This document shows positions 9,492 through 22,450 of a stretch of DNA of 64,000 bases, piece after piece. A program made the translations under genes and the position numbers. Source of the DNA: Euglena gracilis (Eukaryota); NCBI GenBank assembly GCA_039621445.1, contig CP154954.1:44061847-44125846 (forward strand), given 5' to 3'. Below the pieces are notes generated by a model, which worked only from the letters and a program-made list of their open reading frames with translations, had not been told where the DNA came from and ran no database searches. Within the stretch, counting starts at the first letter, position 1. Every line of letters starts with the position of its first letter.

Positions 9492-11299
9492 GGCAATTAC
9501 CCCCCCAAAGAATGCATAAAAGGCATGGCATATGAAGGAAAAGCCCTTATACACAGCGCTATGATGGATTCAATGGATTTGCCTTCACCATTGCTGGCAT
9601 TCCCGCTGCATGCTGAACAAACCACAAGAAGAGGGAGGAAAGAAGTTCCACACTCAGACTTTTTCTGAGTGTCTCTTTTTTAAAAGCAGAGGAGGTTCCT
9701 GTAGCCATGGTCGCATGACAAACGAGACATTGGGCATTGGGGAAGCTGACGCACACCGCGTGTCAGCATCCCCATTTGGGGTGGGGGGGGGGGGGCAGCA
9801 CACATCGATGCGAAGAAGAATTTTCTCGTCACGCTGCAAGTGTCCATGAGCAGATGGAAACAGGGCCTTTGTGAAGCGAGGAAGCTTTCCCAAACATCCA
9901 CCCGACAGTTCACCTTGAGGAAACCTTGCCTGAGGGGGTGTTTGACAGCCGGTCGGCACACAGTGCAGAAACACGTAACGGGCAGCAGTGTGATATGGAA
10001 GGGGCAGGGAATGGAAGAGACGGTTGCTGACTTGTGAGAGAGAAAGACATACATCAATAAGTGAGGAGGCTCAGTAGCAGAATGAAATCAGAATGCCAAC
10101 ACCGAATGTCTTCATTCTCTGAGCTGAGATGAAAACTACTTGAGATTTCCGTCTCAAAAGATTTCCTTCGGAAAAAGGGAATTGTCTGTTTCAAATACAC
10201 CAACCCCTTTGTGTGTGTAGGCACAAATAAATACTGCCAGCAGAGGCGTTGCATTGTTACTTTTAGGGACAAGAGGTTCTCAAGGAAACAAGAAACAAGG
10301 ATGAGGAACCGCTCCATCTAGCTCCCTGGACAGGGGGGGGGGCATACTCAATTGCACAGCAAGAATATGTGATCTGATTAGAAGCGCAATTTTAATTAAT
10401 TAATTAGGAGCGGTTCTTCCCAAAAACAAAATATCATGGGGCTTCATCAAACCTTCCTGCTTGAATAAACTAAAGCAAGGACATAATAAATATTTGATTC
10501 CACACAAACAAACTCTCTGGGAGCAAAAACAAGAAATTTATTCGCTTTTCTGCATTTCTGCCACTGTAGTGCCAAACACACAACACGCAAAAGCAGTAGA
10601 AAGAGCAACAATGCAAGTGGGGGTATAGGAAGCGAAAGGGTGTGTAACGCGGACCAGGAAGAAAATCAACCAGGCATCAGCCCATTTGTGGGGAGGGTCA
10701 TAGAAGAAGAAGCCACACAGCCGAGCACACCCCTGCGGTGCACGGCGGGATGATATGTGGGCAGAGCTTTCCGTGGTGGTATACAAAGCAGGAAGGGGCG
10801 CGGGAGAGGTTCGATTCCATCAGCCAAGCGAGTCGTTCGATGGGGAGACGACGGTGGCGGGACGTGCCAGAGCGGCAGCGCCAATTGAAGGAGTGGTCAG
10901 CAGACGGGGGCGGGGGCTGGGATGGACGGGAGGTCAGGAAGGGCCTGTCTGCCAGAGAGCAGAGAGGGAACGCCAGTCTGCAAGCACTAGGATCGGGTCG
11001 GGGAGGTTCAGCAATGGAGATGGCAGATCAGTTTGGGGGGGGGGGGGACATCCCGACGCAGCACCTGCATCGGATGGTTTCTGCTCTGGGCAGCATGGGA
11101 AGGAGGGCAACCTTCAACGAAAGGATTCAGTCCAAGTTCAGGCTGGGGCGTTCATTGGCCACCTCAAAGGCTGGTTGGTTGTCGGTGGTTCCCCTAAATC
11201 CCCTCCAAATACCCCACTTGTGTTTAGGAATGTCAAAGTGAGTTCCACGGCTTCTCCTTGTATACACATTTTTTACCCAAAAATGCCGGCACAGAAGAA

Positions 11300-11425
11300 G
11301 GAGCCCGTTTGGGGGATTTGGGGGGGTCATTTTGGGGGGTCGGACTTGGACCAACAATTTGTTGACTTATCCCCCCCTTCGGCTGACCAACCAAACCTGG
11401 TCCTATAAAGCCAGGGGTTTACAGG
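11300..11425 (+). mobile_element. Repeat family A, partial copy (3' end)
   Basis: CTTCGGCTGACCAACCAAACCTGGTCCTATAAAGCCAGGGGTTTACA matches the 3' end of copy 1. Confidence 0.6.
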
Positions 11426-11575
11426 ATTGGGTGGGGGGGCAAGGACGCAATGCCAACAAAGAAAGGAAGCTCTCATGTGCCCTTCCTCTGACCCATGCAC
11501 TTGACAGCATGGGAGGGTTCCCCCAGCGCCCCACCGCGCCCTCCCCCAGCCCGGGCCATAGCCCCGGGGGGCCTC

Positions 11576-14500
11576 TCAGGCCTCCGCGTCCTCCTCCTCC
11601 AGGTACACGAGGTTGTAGGAGAGGTGCCCGAACGTCAGTTGGAAGCTCCGCACCGGGTCGGGGGCGGAGCCGCTCCCTGTCCACCTCCCCCGCCTCTCCG
11701 GCCATTCACTGGGTCGTGTTGACCCGGGGGAATTTCCTTGGGGCAGCACAACCCATCGCCACCAATTGGTGGTGCATGCTGATGGGTGGCAAAATTGGAA
11801 TTGAATTCAATTTTGAAATTTGATCCCCCCCCTGTCCAGGGATCAATACCTCCTGTCCTCTGATCTGAGAGCTGTCAGCAGATGCTGTTTCTATCCTCTG
11901 ACCAGGGGTGCTGGAAGATGTTTTTGTTTATAAAACAAATTTTGAATTCCTTAACCTTATTTTTTAATCATTTTTAAAGTTTTTTTCCAAGAACAAGAAA
12001 AATGCAACCTTCGAAAAGTTGTCCGTTGAGTGAGGGTAATCGATAGACATACACAGATCGGGGGTGGGTCATCATGTCAGGCATGGTTGTTTCAGCAGCC
12101 GGAATTAGGGGAGTGCACTTTACGCGTTGTCGCCCACGCCGAAACCCCCCTCCCCCTTGCATAAACAAATCCGCCTCCAACCGGAAGGCACCTCCGTCCT
12201 CCAGGGAGGGGCTCGGTGGTGTAGATCGCCTCCAGCGTGTCTGCCAGCGCCCGCTCGGAGACCATGTTTTCCGTGATTTCGTTTTCGAGGCCCCGCAGCC
12301 CGCAGCTCTCCCAGTCCTCGCACTGCGTGCAAGCCATGTAGAAGTACATCAGCGGCATCACGGCGCAAGGCTGGGGCAGGCGATTGGCAGAGAAGTACCC
12401 CGGATATACGTCCACGAAAGAAACATGCCCTTGTTGTGGACGTTTGCCTCTCCGCTCCTTTTTTGTGGGTTGTGTGTGGCATGTGGCCTGGGTGGGACAG
12501 AGCGACTTTTGAGGAACAGGTTCCTTACTTCGTTCAAGATGCCTCTCATCTGCCAGACCAAGGGTCCACTTTGATACCCTGCTGGGGGAGAGGTGCCAGG
12601 GAGCTGAGCTCTTTGGGAGACCACCCCGGCCCGGCCCAGCCTGGCCCGGCCGGCGGCCGGCCGGCCCGGCCCGGCCGGCGGCTCGGCCGGCTGCCCAGCC
12701 CGGGCATGGGACGGGGGGTTGAAAAACGCTCATTTTCGGCTCAAAAACACTTTTTCCGGGTCCGGGAGGCCAAAAAACATCGTTTCGGGCAAAAAAAAAT
12801 TCGATTTTTTTCGACCTTTTTGACCCGGTTTTGACCCAAAGTCAATGGGTTGGCGGCCCAAAACGGGGCGCTGCGGGTCGAAAAACGCTGATTTTTGGCT
12901 CAAAAAAAGTTTTTCCGGGTCCGGGAGGCCAAAGAAAATAATAGTTTTGGGCAAAAAAAAATTTTCCATTTTTTTGGATTTCTTTCGACTTTTTTGGCCC
13001 AAAACGGCTAAATCTGACAGTAGAAAAAGTGTACAAAATGTCCCAAATTGGCCGGAAAAAAAACGGCCGTATCTCGGGCTAGGCGAGGAGTTGCGGGGAA
13101 ATCAAAATACCGGTAGATGGGGCATTCCAAAGGTTTCAATTTAGGTCTCCGGACATTTCCTTTGATTTTGCTTCATTTTGGAGATATTTTGAAAACATTC
13201 ATTTTTTTTTGACCCCCCCCACCCCCGAAAACGGCAAAGTCGAACAGTGGGAAAAGTGTACAAAACGCCATCTGGGCTGGAAAACGGCCGTATCTCGGGC
13301 TAGGCGGAGAGTTGCGGGGAAATCAAAATACCAGTAGATAGGGCGTTCCAAGGGCTTCGAAAAAGGTCGCCAGACATTTTTTTCAATTCCCCACCATTTT
13401 GAATATATTTTGCAAAAACTGGTTTTTTGGCCTGTTTTGGGCTCCAAATGGCAGAGTCCCCCCCCCCCATGGCGAAACCACAAAATGGCCATATCTTGGC
13501 CCAGGCGGAGAGTTGGCCCAAACCGCGCATACCGGTGGATAGGGCGTCCCAAAGTTGTGGAATGAGGTACTCTTTACTTTTTCTCAACTCCCCAGCGTTT
13601 TCGAGATATTTTGAATTTTTCGATTTTTTTTTTGACCCCAAAAATGACCCCTTTTGCCTGTCCAATGAAATTTCTTTGGGGGAAAAAAACGGTAAACAAC
13701 TTTTTGCTCGGGCCATATCTCCGGACTGGCGGGGAGTTAGGGGCAAAATGAGGGCTCGTTAGAAACTAGAAATTCTCTCCTAACCTATAGGCTATTAACT
13801 TTTCGGCCCCGGAAATCCAATCACGTCGATAATCCTCGGGTGTTCCGACCTACTACGGGGGTAATTGACAAAGTTGCGGTCCAAGCAAGGGGGGGGGGGA
13901 TTCATTGGTCATGGGTGTTTGGTAAAAAAGTAAACCTGCAGTTGCGGTGTCCAAAACTGTTTCGAACAGGGGTTGTAAGTTGGATCGGGTGTTCGTTGGG
14001 CACAGTGGGGGTGGGCATGGCAACTCCACAGAATTCAGAAATAAACACATCGTTATATCATTTGATATAATATTGTTATTCATTCGTGTTTTTTGAGGTT
14101 CTTCATTGCACGAAACTGAGGGAAATCCTGTTGTTGCACCAAGGCCTCGGGGGGGGGGGGGGGGGCTTTCCAAAGGTGGTCCCGGGCGTTATTCGACTCT
14201 GGGGGCACCTCTGGAGGGAGGGTGCCCAGGTGGCTTTCCATTTTTTCCAAAGTTTTCCGGGAGGATACATACCCCCCCCTCTTGTAAACCCCCGGGGTTT
14301 ATAAGATCTGGTTTGGTTGGTCAGCCGAAGGGGGGGGTTATAAGTGGGGGGGGGGGTTATTTTATAGGATCCGGAATCGTTGGTGAAAATCCGACCCCCC
14401 CCCCTCCCGAAATTGGCACTTTTTGGCAAATTTGGTCAAAAATGGCATTTTTGATGATGGTCGGTCTCAAAAAAAATTGCCAAGAAATCAGTTTTTGTGT

Positions 14501-17500
14501 GCTTTGCGGCCGAAGAAAAATCGTCCCCGGCAGTTTCCATTTTTCTTCCCCAGGGGGGGGGGGGTTATAGATCCGGTTTGTTGTTGCCCGAGACCGAGAA
14601 AAGGGGGGGGTTATAAGTAGGGGGTGTGTTTTTGGGTTAGGGGGGGGGGTTATAGTGGGGTGGCGGGTTTTATGGGGGATTTTTAAATGGGGGGGGGGGT
14701 ATAAGTGGGGGGTGGGGTTCACAATATTGATAACAACCCACTAAAAAAAATTTGGTTTTTAAGTTTTTAACCTCCGCATTTTGCAACAAAGCCGAAGGTT
14801 GACCTTAAAACACAGAAACAGTGGGCATCCCACCAAAGTTAAGGGGTGTCTGAAACAAAAAAACCGGCCTCATTCAAACTGCCCAAAAGGTTGCCGAAAA
14901 CTGGGAACTCGGGAACATGGGGAGAAGGTTCGGGTCGCCCCAAAATTGGTTCAGAAAGCACGGTTTCTGGGGGGGGGGGGCAACGAGGTGACTAAAATCT
15001 CAAGGTGGGTGTGAAGGATTCCATTTGAAATTCCAATGGCAAAAAAGGACAAAATCGGACAAATTCCCAACAAATTTTCGGGGAGGAGTCCATATCAGTG
15101 AGCAGGTCTGTTCTGAAAACAAAGAAGCAAAACCATTCTCGTGTGTTGAACATAATGAACACAGCAAACCTTGGGAAGGCAACAGACCGTCCTCAAAACT
15201 ACTCAGCCATACATACCCTCCAAATAATGAGCAGTAGAGAGAGCAGAGTGCCCATTTGTTGGGACCATCCTTTTCCCTCTCAAACACCAAACTTTTTCCT
15301 CGGACGTCATTGAACCCAACTTTTTTGGACCGCCCAGTTCTTCGAGCGCTGCAAGGGACAAGGGCTGTGGGGGAGGTTAGTATGTCTGATGCACATATAT
15401 CAAATTCTGTAAAGCTTGTGGAAGCACTTTCAGAATTCGACTCCATGTCCCCAAAAAAAATATCTACAACCTTCCATCTGGGCAGGACTGAGACTGACTG
15501 AGATCCAGCAGTATTCCTTCCACTCTGTGGTTGCTGCAGTGCCAAGCAACCAAGTTGCCTGCCCAGAATTCCACACGTGTTCGTCACACTGGCACCGGCC
15601 TCGGCAGAGGTGGCCACACCGGAGGCCTTCGGGTTGGGGGAGCGGTAGACGCGGCGGACCCGGAAGCGGGTGCCCGGCGGGGCGAGGAACTCCTGCTCCG
15701 TCGGGAAGTCGGAGTAACGGGAGATGAGCTTGTAGGACTTCATCTTGGTGATGAGGATGCTGCCGGCCCCAGGGCGACCCCCCCCCCATCAGGCACTGGC
15801 TCTGTGCCTGCCCACGGCTGGAAGTGGTTTCCCAAAAATGACTGACTGCTTTCCCTGTGACCCCCCCCCCTCGAGGTCGGTGAGCAATCGCATGGGGGGG
15901 GGACCCCCCCGCCAATGACCACAGGTTCCAAAAGAAATCGCCTTTGTTTCCGTCGTTGACCGCAAGTTTGCCCGACACACACGACACCCCCCTCCCTCCC
16001 ACTCCCAGGTTGTTCAAAAGAAGCCTGCATGGGGGGGGGGGGGGGTCCGGCCTGTGGGTAAGTCCCGGTCCCACAAGAGGCCCTTGGCCAGTGGCAAAGA
16101 AGTAAATTGAAACAGCAGAGGAATGATATGATTGCATACAGTGAGTCTTGATTGTCTTGGAGTTTGCAAAAACATAACGGACAGGATGCCTACCCGGGCC
16201 GCCTCTCCTTGGACGCCGTGCAGGCCACCCATTCATCGAGGTCGAGGGTACAAACACATGAGTTTGATTTAGACGTATGGGAGAACGCAGAAAGACAAGC
16301 ACTGAAATGAGAGAAAATGAATTATGCAACCCCCTTCCTTGCAGAAGAGATGCACTTCATTCTCATGCTCCCTGAGCAATTTTGTGCTCCCAAACCGGGA
16401 GTGGTCTTTGACTTGGGGTGGCGGTGAACCCTCCAAAACACACCCCAGCTCTATTGTTTGGGTAAGTCCAATCAGGGTCTTATTTAAACGTATTGCCAGA
16501 AAAAATTGGGCAAAAAAGCCTTCCCTCGAGATGCACAAAAAAATAGGTCCAAGAAGCAGGAATTTCAACAACAAACAAAAATTGTTTAAAAAATGCCAAA
16601 TCCTATCTCATGGAAAGAAAGATAAAAAATGGGGGAAAATAGGGGGGAAAATCAAAAAATGACCCATTTCGGGCACTCACACTACCTTGGTGGGTCTGTT
16701 TTTGGGGGTTCTTCTACAAAAAAACCTCGAGAGGGTTTCCTTTGGGTCTCTTTGGAAGAGGAAACGACAGGGGTTGGGGGCTTGGTTTTGGATTCCAGTC
16801 CGACCCACGTCGCTTTAGGAACCAAGGGGGTGCTCTGGCAGCACTACACCCCACGGGAGTCGAAAGCGCCCTCCCCTGCCTGTCCAAAGCACAGAGAGCA
16901 GACCCTTGGGGAGGGGGGGGCTGCCCTCCACGTGTCTCCCTGGCCCCCGACCGTCGCTGAAGGAGGGGCCCCCCTGGCCCTCGTACCCGAAGGAGTGGGC
17001 GATGTACGCCGACAGGGAGGTGGAGGTGAAGTTCTCCAGCGAGATGGGCTCCCCCTCAACGTACTTGCTGCCCGCCCCCCACTGCCGGAGGGGTTCAGTC
17101 CCATCAAAGGCGGTGGATGGGTGGGGGGTGGGTTTGGATCAGGCTTTTGCAGAAAGACTCGGAGCGATTTGGCCAGCCACCAGAAAAGGGTCAATTAACT
17201 CTGAGCCAGACCACCCAGCTCACCAGACACTCCTCCCTGCGGTCCCGGGAGTCCCCCCAGGAGGTGGAAAAAAATTACACCTCGGTTCTGGGCATTGTTG
17301 GCACGTGTATGGAAAAAAAAATACCGACGTTTCGCGTCTGTCACCGGAAAAAAAAATACACTTGCTGACCCTATCAAATTTCCACTTGCCAAATTTGGAC
17401 TAGCTGCAGTCCAGCCCCCCCCCACCCCCGGGTGCTTCGCACAGAAGAGGGCACAGCATAGACTATATAGGATCATCTTTACATACATATCATATACAGA

Positions 17501-17501
17501 G

Positions 17502-17552
<51 letters not shown>

Positions 17553-17867
17553 CATATACATATACACATATACATATAATACATATACATACATACATAA
17601 TACAATACATATACATACATATACAATACATACTACATACATATACATATGCAGACATACATACATTACAATACATACAGACATACAACATACATACATA
17701 CATACATACATACATACATACATACATACATACATACATACAGACATACATACATACAGACATACAGACATACAGACTACATACATTACATACATACATA
17801 CATACATACATGCATACACACATACATACACACATACATACATACATACATACATACATACATGCAT

Positions 17868-17925
<58 letters not shown>

Positions 17926-18891
17926 CATCAGACACACACACACACACACACACATACATACATACATACACACATACATACATACATACATACATACATA
18001 CATACATACATACATACATACATACATACATACATACATACATACATACATACATACATACATACAGACATACATACATACATACATACATACATACATA
18101 CATACATACATACATACATACATACACACACACATACAAACACACACACACCATACATACATACATACATACATACATACATACATACATACATACATAC
18201 ATACATACATACATACATACATACATACATACATACATACATACATACATACATACATACATACATACATACATACATACATACATACATACATACATAC
18301 ATACATACATACATACATACATACATACATACATACATGCATGCATGCATGCATGCATGCATGCATGCATGCATGCATGCATGCATGCATGCATGCATGC
18401 ATACATACATACATACATACATACATACAGACATACATACATACATACATACATACATACATACATACATACATACATACATACATACATACATACATAC
18501 AGACATACATACATACATACATACATACAGACATACATACATACATACATACATACATACATACATACATACATACATACATACATACATACATACATAC
18601 ATACATACATACATACACACACACATACATACATACATACATACAATACATACATACATACAGACATACATACATACATACATACATACATACATACATA
18701 CATACATACATACATACATACATACATACATACATACATACATACATACATACATACATACATACATACATACATACATACATACATACATACATACATA
18801 CATACATACATACATACATACATACATACATACATACATACATACATACATACATACATACATACATACATACATACATACATACATACAT

Positions 18892-18973
<82 letters not shown>

Positions 18974-19876
18974 CATCAGACACACACACACACATACACA
19001 CGCACACACATACATACATACATACATACATACATACATACATACATACATACATACATACATACATACATACATACATACATACATACATACATACTTA
19101 CTTACATATATATATACATACATACATACCTACATACATACACATACATACATACATACATACATACATACATACATACATACATACATACATACATACA
19201 TACATACATACATACATACATACATACATACATACATACATACATACATACATACATACATACATACATAATACATACATACATACATACATACATACAT
19301 ACATACATACATACATACATACATACATACATACATACATACATACATACATACATACATACATACATACATACATACATACATACATACATACATACAT
19401 ACATACATACACATACATACATACATACATACATACATACATACATACATACATACATACATACACATATATACACATATATACATACATACATACATAC
19501 ATACATACATACATACATACATACATACATACATACATACATACATACACACACATACATACATACATACATACATACATACATACATACATACATACAT
19601 ACATACATACATACATACATACATACATACATACATACATACATACATACATACATACATACATACATACATACATACATACATACATACATACATACAT
19701 ACATACATACATACATACATACATACATACATACATACATACATACATACATACATACATACATACATACATACATACATACATACATACATACATACAT
19801 ACATACAGACAGACAGACATACATACATACATACATACAGACAGACAGACAGACAGACAGAGACAGACAGACAGAC

Positions 19877-19935
<59 letters not shown>

Positions 19936-22450
19936 TACATACATACATACATACATACAAACATACATACATACATACATACATACATACATACATACAT
20001 ACATACATACATACATACATACATACATGCATGCATACATACATGGATGCATGCATATGGCAAGTGTTAAGTTTGGTACCCCCCCCTTAAATGTTAAATT
20101 TAGTACCCCAGGTTGGCCACGGGGGTGTACCCTGGGGTTAGTGCAGGGCGTAGGGTTTGGGCCGGTTGGCCTGAGGTCGACCGCGCGCGCGCGACGCCTC
20201 CCTGGCCCGGGCCGCGCGATTCCCAAAGGCGGCAGACAGGCAGAGGGAAAGAAAGATAAAGCCTGCCGAATGGTTGCCCCTACAAGAGACTTCACCCTCC
20301 CTTTGCCTTTGGAGTGACTCTCAAAGGGGCTGGGGTTGGCAGGACGGGCAGTCAAGCCGGCAGTTAGGCCGCATGCTCAGGGCAAGGTGCACGTCGTGCG
20401 CATGCGGCCGACCTCAGGCCAACCGGTCCAAACCCTAACCCAACACCCTGCAGTAACCCCAAGGGACGCACCCGTGGCCAACCTGGGTCAAGTTTAGTAC
20501 CCCCTAGGGGGGGGGGGGGTATGGTGCAGCTGACGTTTTTTATTTCAGTGCTTGGAACTCTTGGTTTCACACCATCGTAACACTATTCAGCAGGAATTCT
20601 GACTTGCATTAAACATATATTTTACTTGTTAAATCCATTACACACATATGGCAAGCTTTAAGTTCAGTGCCATTGATGGACCTAACTTGGGCAGCTATTC
20701 TTGACATCAAATTTTTGCCATTTTGCAGATTTTTGGTCACTTTTGCTTTCATTTTGACCAGTGTTTACATAAATCTTTGCAAGTGTGACACAAATTTGGC
20801 CGATTTCGACAAAAAAAACTGGCTATTTTTGACAAAAAAAAAACGTGTCTGAGGGTGACAACGTTGGTGGTTCAACTGTGAATAGGTGACTGCCCGTGAA
20901 ACCTGCAATCGTTCACACCAACAAGTCCTTCAGAATCTGCTGAAATTGAGGTGAAACCGTGGTTCCCACTTGACCGAAATGACCTCGCCATTGTCCCGAT
21001 TAAAGACCTTTGCCCTGCAGCCAGGGGCTCGAAGTCCACACTGGGCCCGACGCCGCGGAACGACGCGGCCTGGATGTTGGTGGAGAAGTTGGCGAAGGGC
21101 GGGTCCAGGCTTCTTTTTGGCAACCCCGGGGGAGGGGGTACACTTTGGGTGACTGGCCAGGGAAGCAGGGCTGGTCACAAAAAGAAGAGGCTGTGATGGG
21201 GTGGACAGCCCACTCAAAGGGCGGGCTGCAACACGAACTCTCGAAAAACGCCACACAAAATAAACTAAGATAAAAAAAGCAAATAAACACAAAAAAAAAT
21301 GCAAAAAAAAGTTGCATGTAAAATCCTTCGGGATGTACGCTTTCTACTGGAGAGGACTTTAGCCACCTCCGCCAGGGATAACTCTTCATTTTACATAAAA
21401 TATGCTGTTTGTTGACCAAAAAATGCAAAAATGACAAAGAATGAGAAAAAAAAAATAAAATTTGGTCTCAGGGGGAAATTGGGGCTAAAATGAAAGGTTT
21501 TTCAAAATCAAAAAAAATCCAGCAAAAATTGAAAAATTGCCAAAAGGTGCAAAAAAAAAAATCAAAAAAAGCAACAAAAAAAACGCGATTGCATTCCCCC
21601 CCTGCTCAGCAGAAACTTCAGATCACCAATCATTTGCTTTTTAGGCGCAGGCCAGTACAATGGTCCCTTCAAATTTATCGTTTTTGCAACCTCACTCAAA
21701 ATTGTGAATGACTGGGCTGTTCAACCAAGTTTTGCTTTGTTTCGTGTTGTGTGTTGAGCTCTACAAATGATTGCCAACTTTCATCTTTCGATGAGAATAT
21801 TGCATACACCAAATACTTGGGCCAATTGCACAAAAAAAAAACTATAATTGTTTAACCTGACGCTCAAAACTATGGTGTGGTGGTTCGATGGCCAGGAACC
21901 TGAGAAAGGAGTTAGGACTTCCACAATTTGGATGCTCTAAAGCAGGTGTCCCCACGGCATAAGGGACACACCTGCCCAGCACGTGTGCTTGGGACCCTTC
22001 CAACGGCTGCCCCATCAACATCAAATGTTGCGGGAATGGATGGAAGGGATGGCGGGCGGGGGGGGATGTGCTGCAACGCAAAAAAAGTGCAAGTTGCACA
22101 TGAATTCTTTAGGAGCTCCCAGATGTGCATAGCTTCCTGCTAGAAAGGACTTTGGAAAATTTTCATCTCCTCCCATCCAGGGAGAATTTTCAGAATGCAA
22201 ACCTAGCACCTCCCCCCCCCCCCGGGACGTTGCTGTGGCTGGGTTGGCCAAAATTGGGGCTGGCCTGCAAACGGACGCGTGGGTGCGACCTTCCGAAGAA
22301 AAGCAGCCCAGGCGGGTCCACGAAACACGTGCCGGGCAGCTTGTTCAGCGCCACCATGAGCTGCTCGCTGAAGGGGCGCCAATTGGCAATCTCCGCGGCG
22401 TCGCGGGTGTAGAACGCCGCGTTCATCTTCTGGTAGATGGGTGTCTGCAG
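11576..22450 (-). CDS. R-S-E clade (ARTC / NAD:arginine-type) ADP-ribosyltransferase domain, split over about 7 exons
   Basis: In transcript order the exons read [19 protein letters not shown]...[16 protein letters not shown] (~22335-22450), SFRGV (R at 21055-21057), ENFTSTSLS (~17016-17024), [23 protein letters not shown] (EQE at 15690-15698) and [11 protein letters not shown] (last exon). Confidence 0.85.

Noticed and set aside
15000-15743. 247-aa ORF as a stand-alone gene
   Set aside because: Only the first ~55 codons look coding (an ART exon). The rest appears to be intron read-through, and the Met is internal to the exon.
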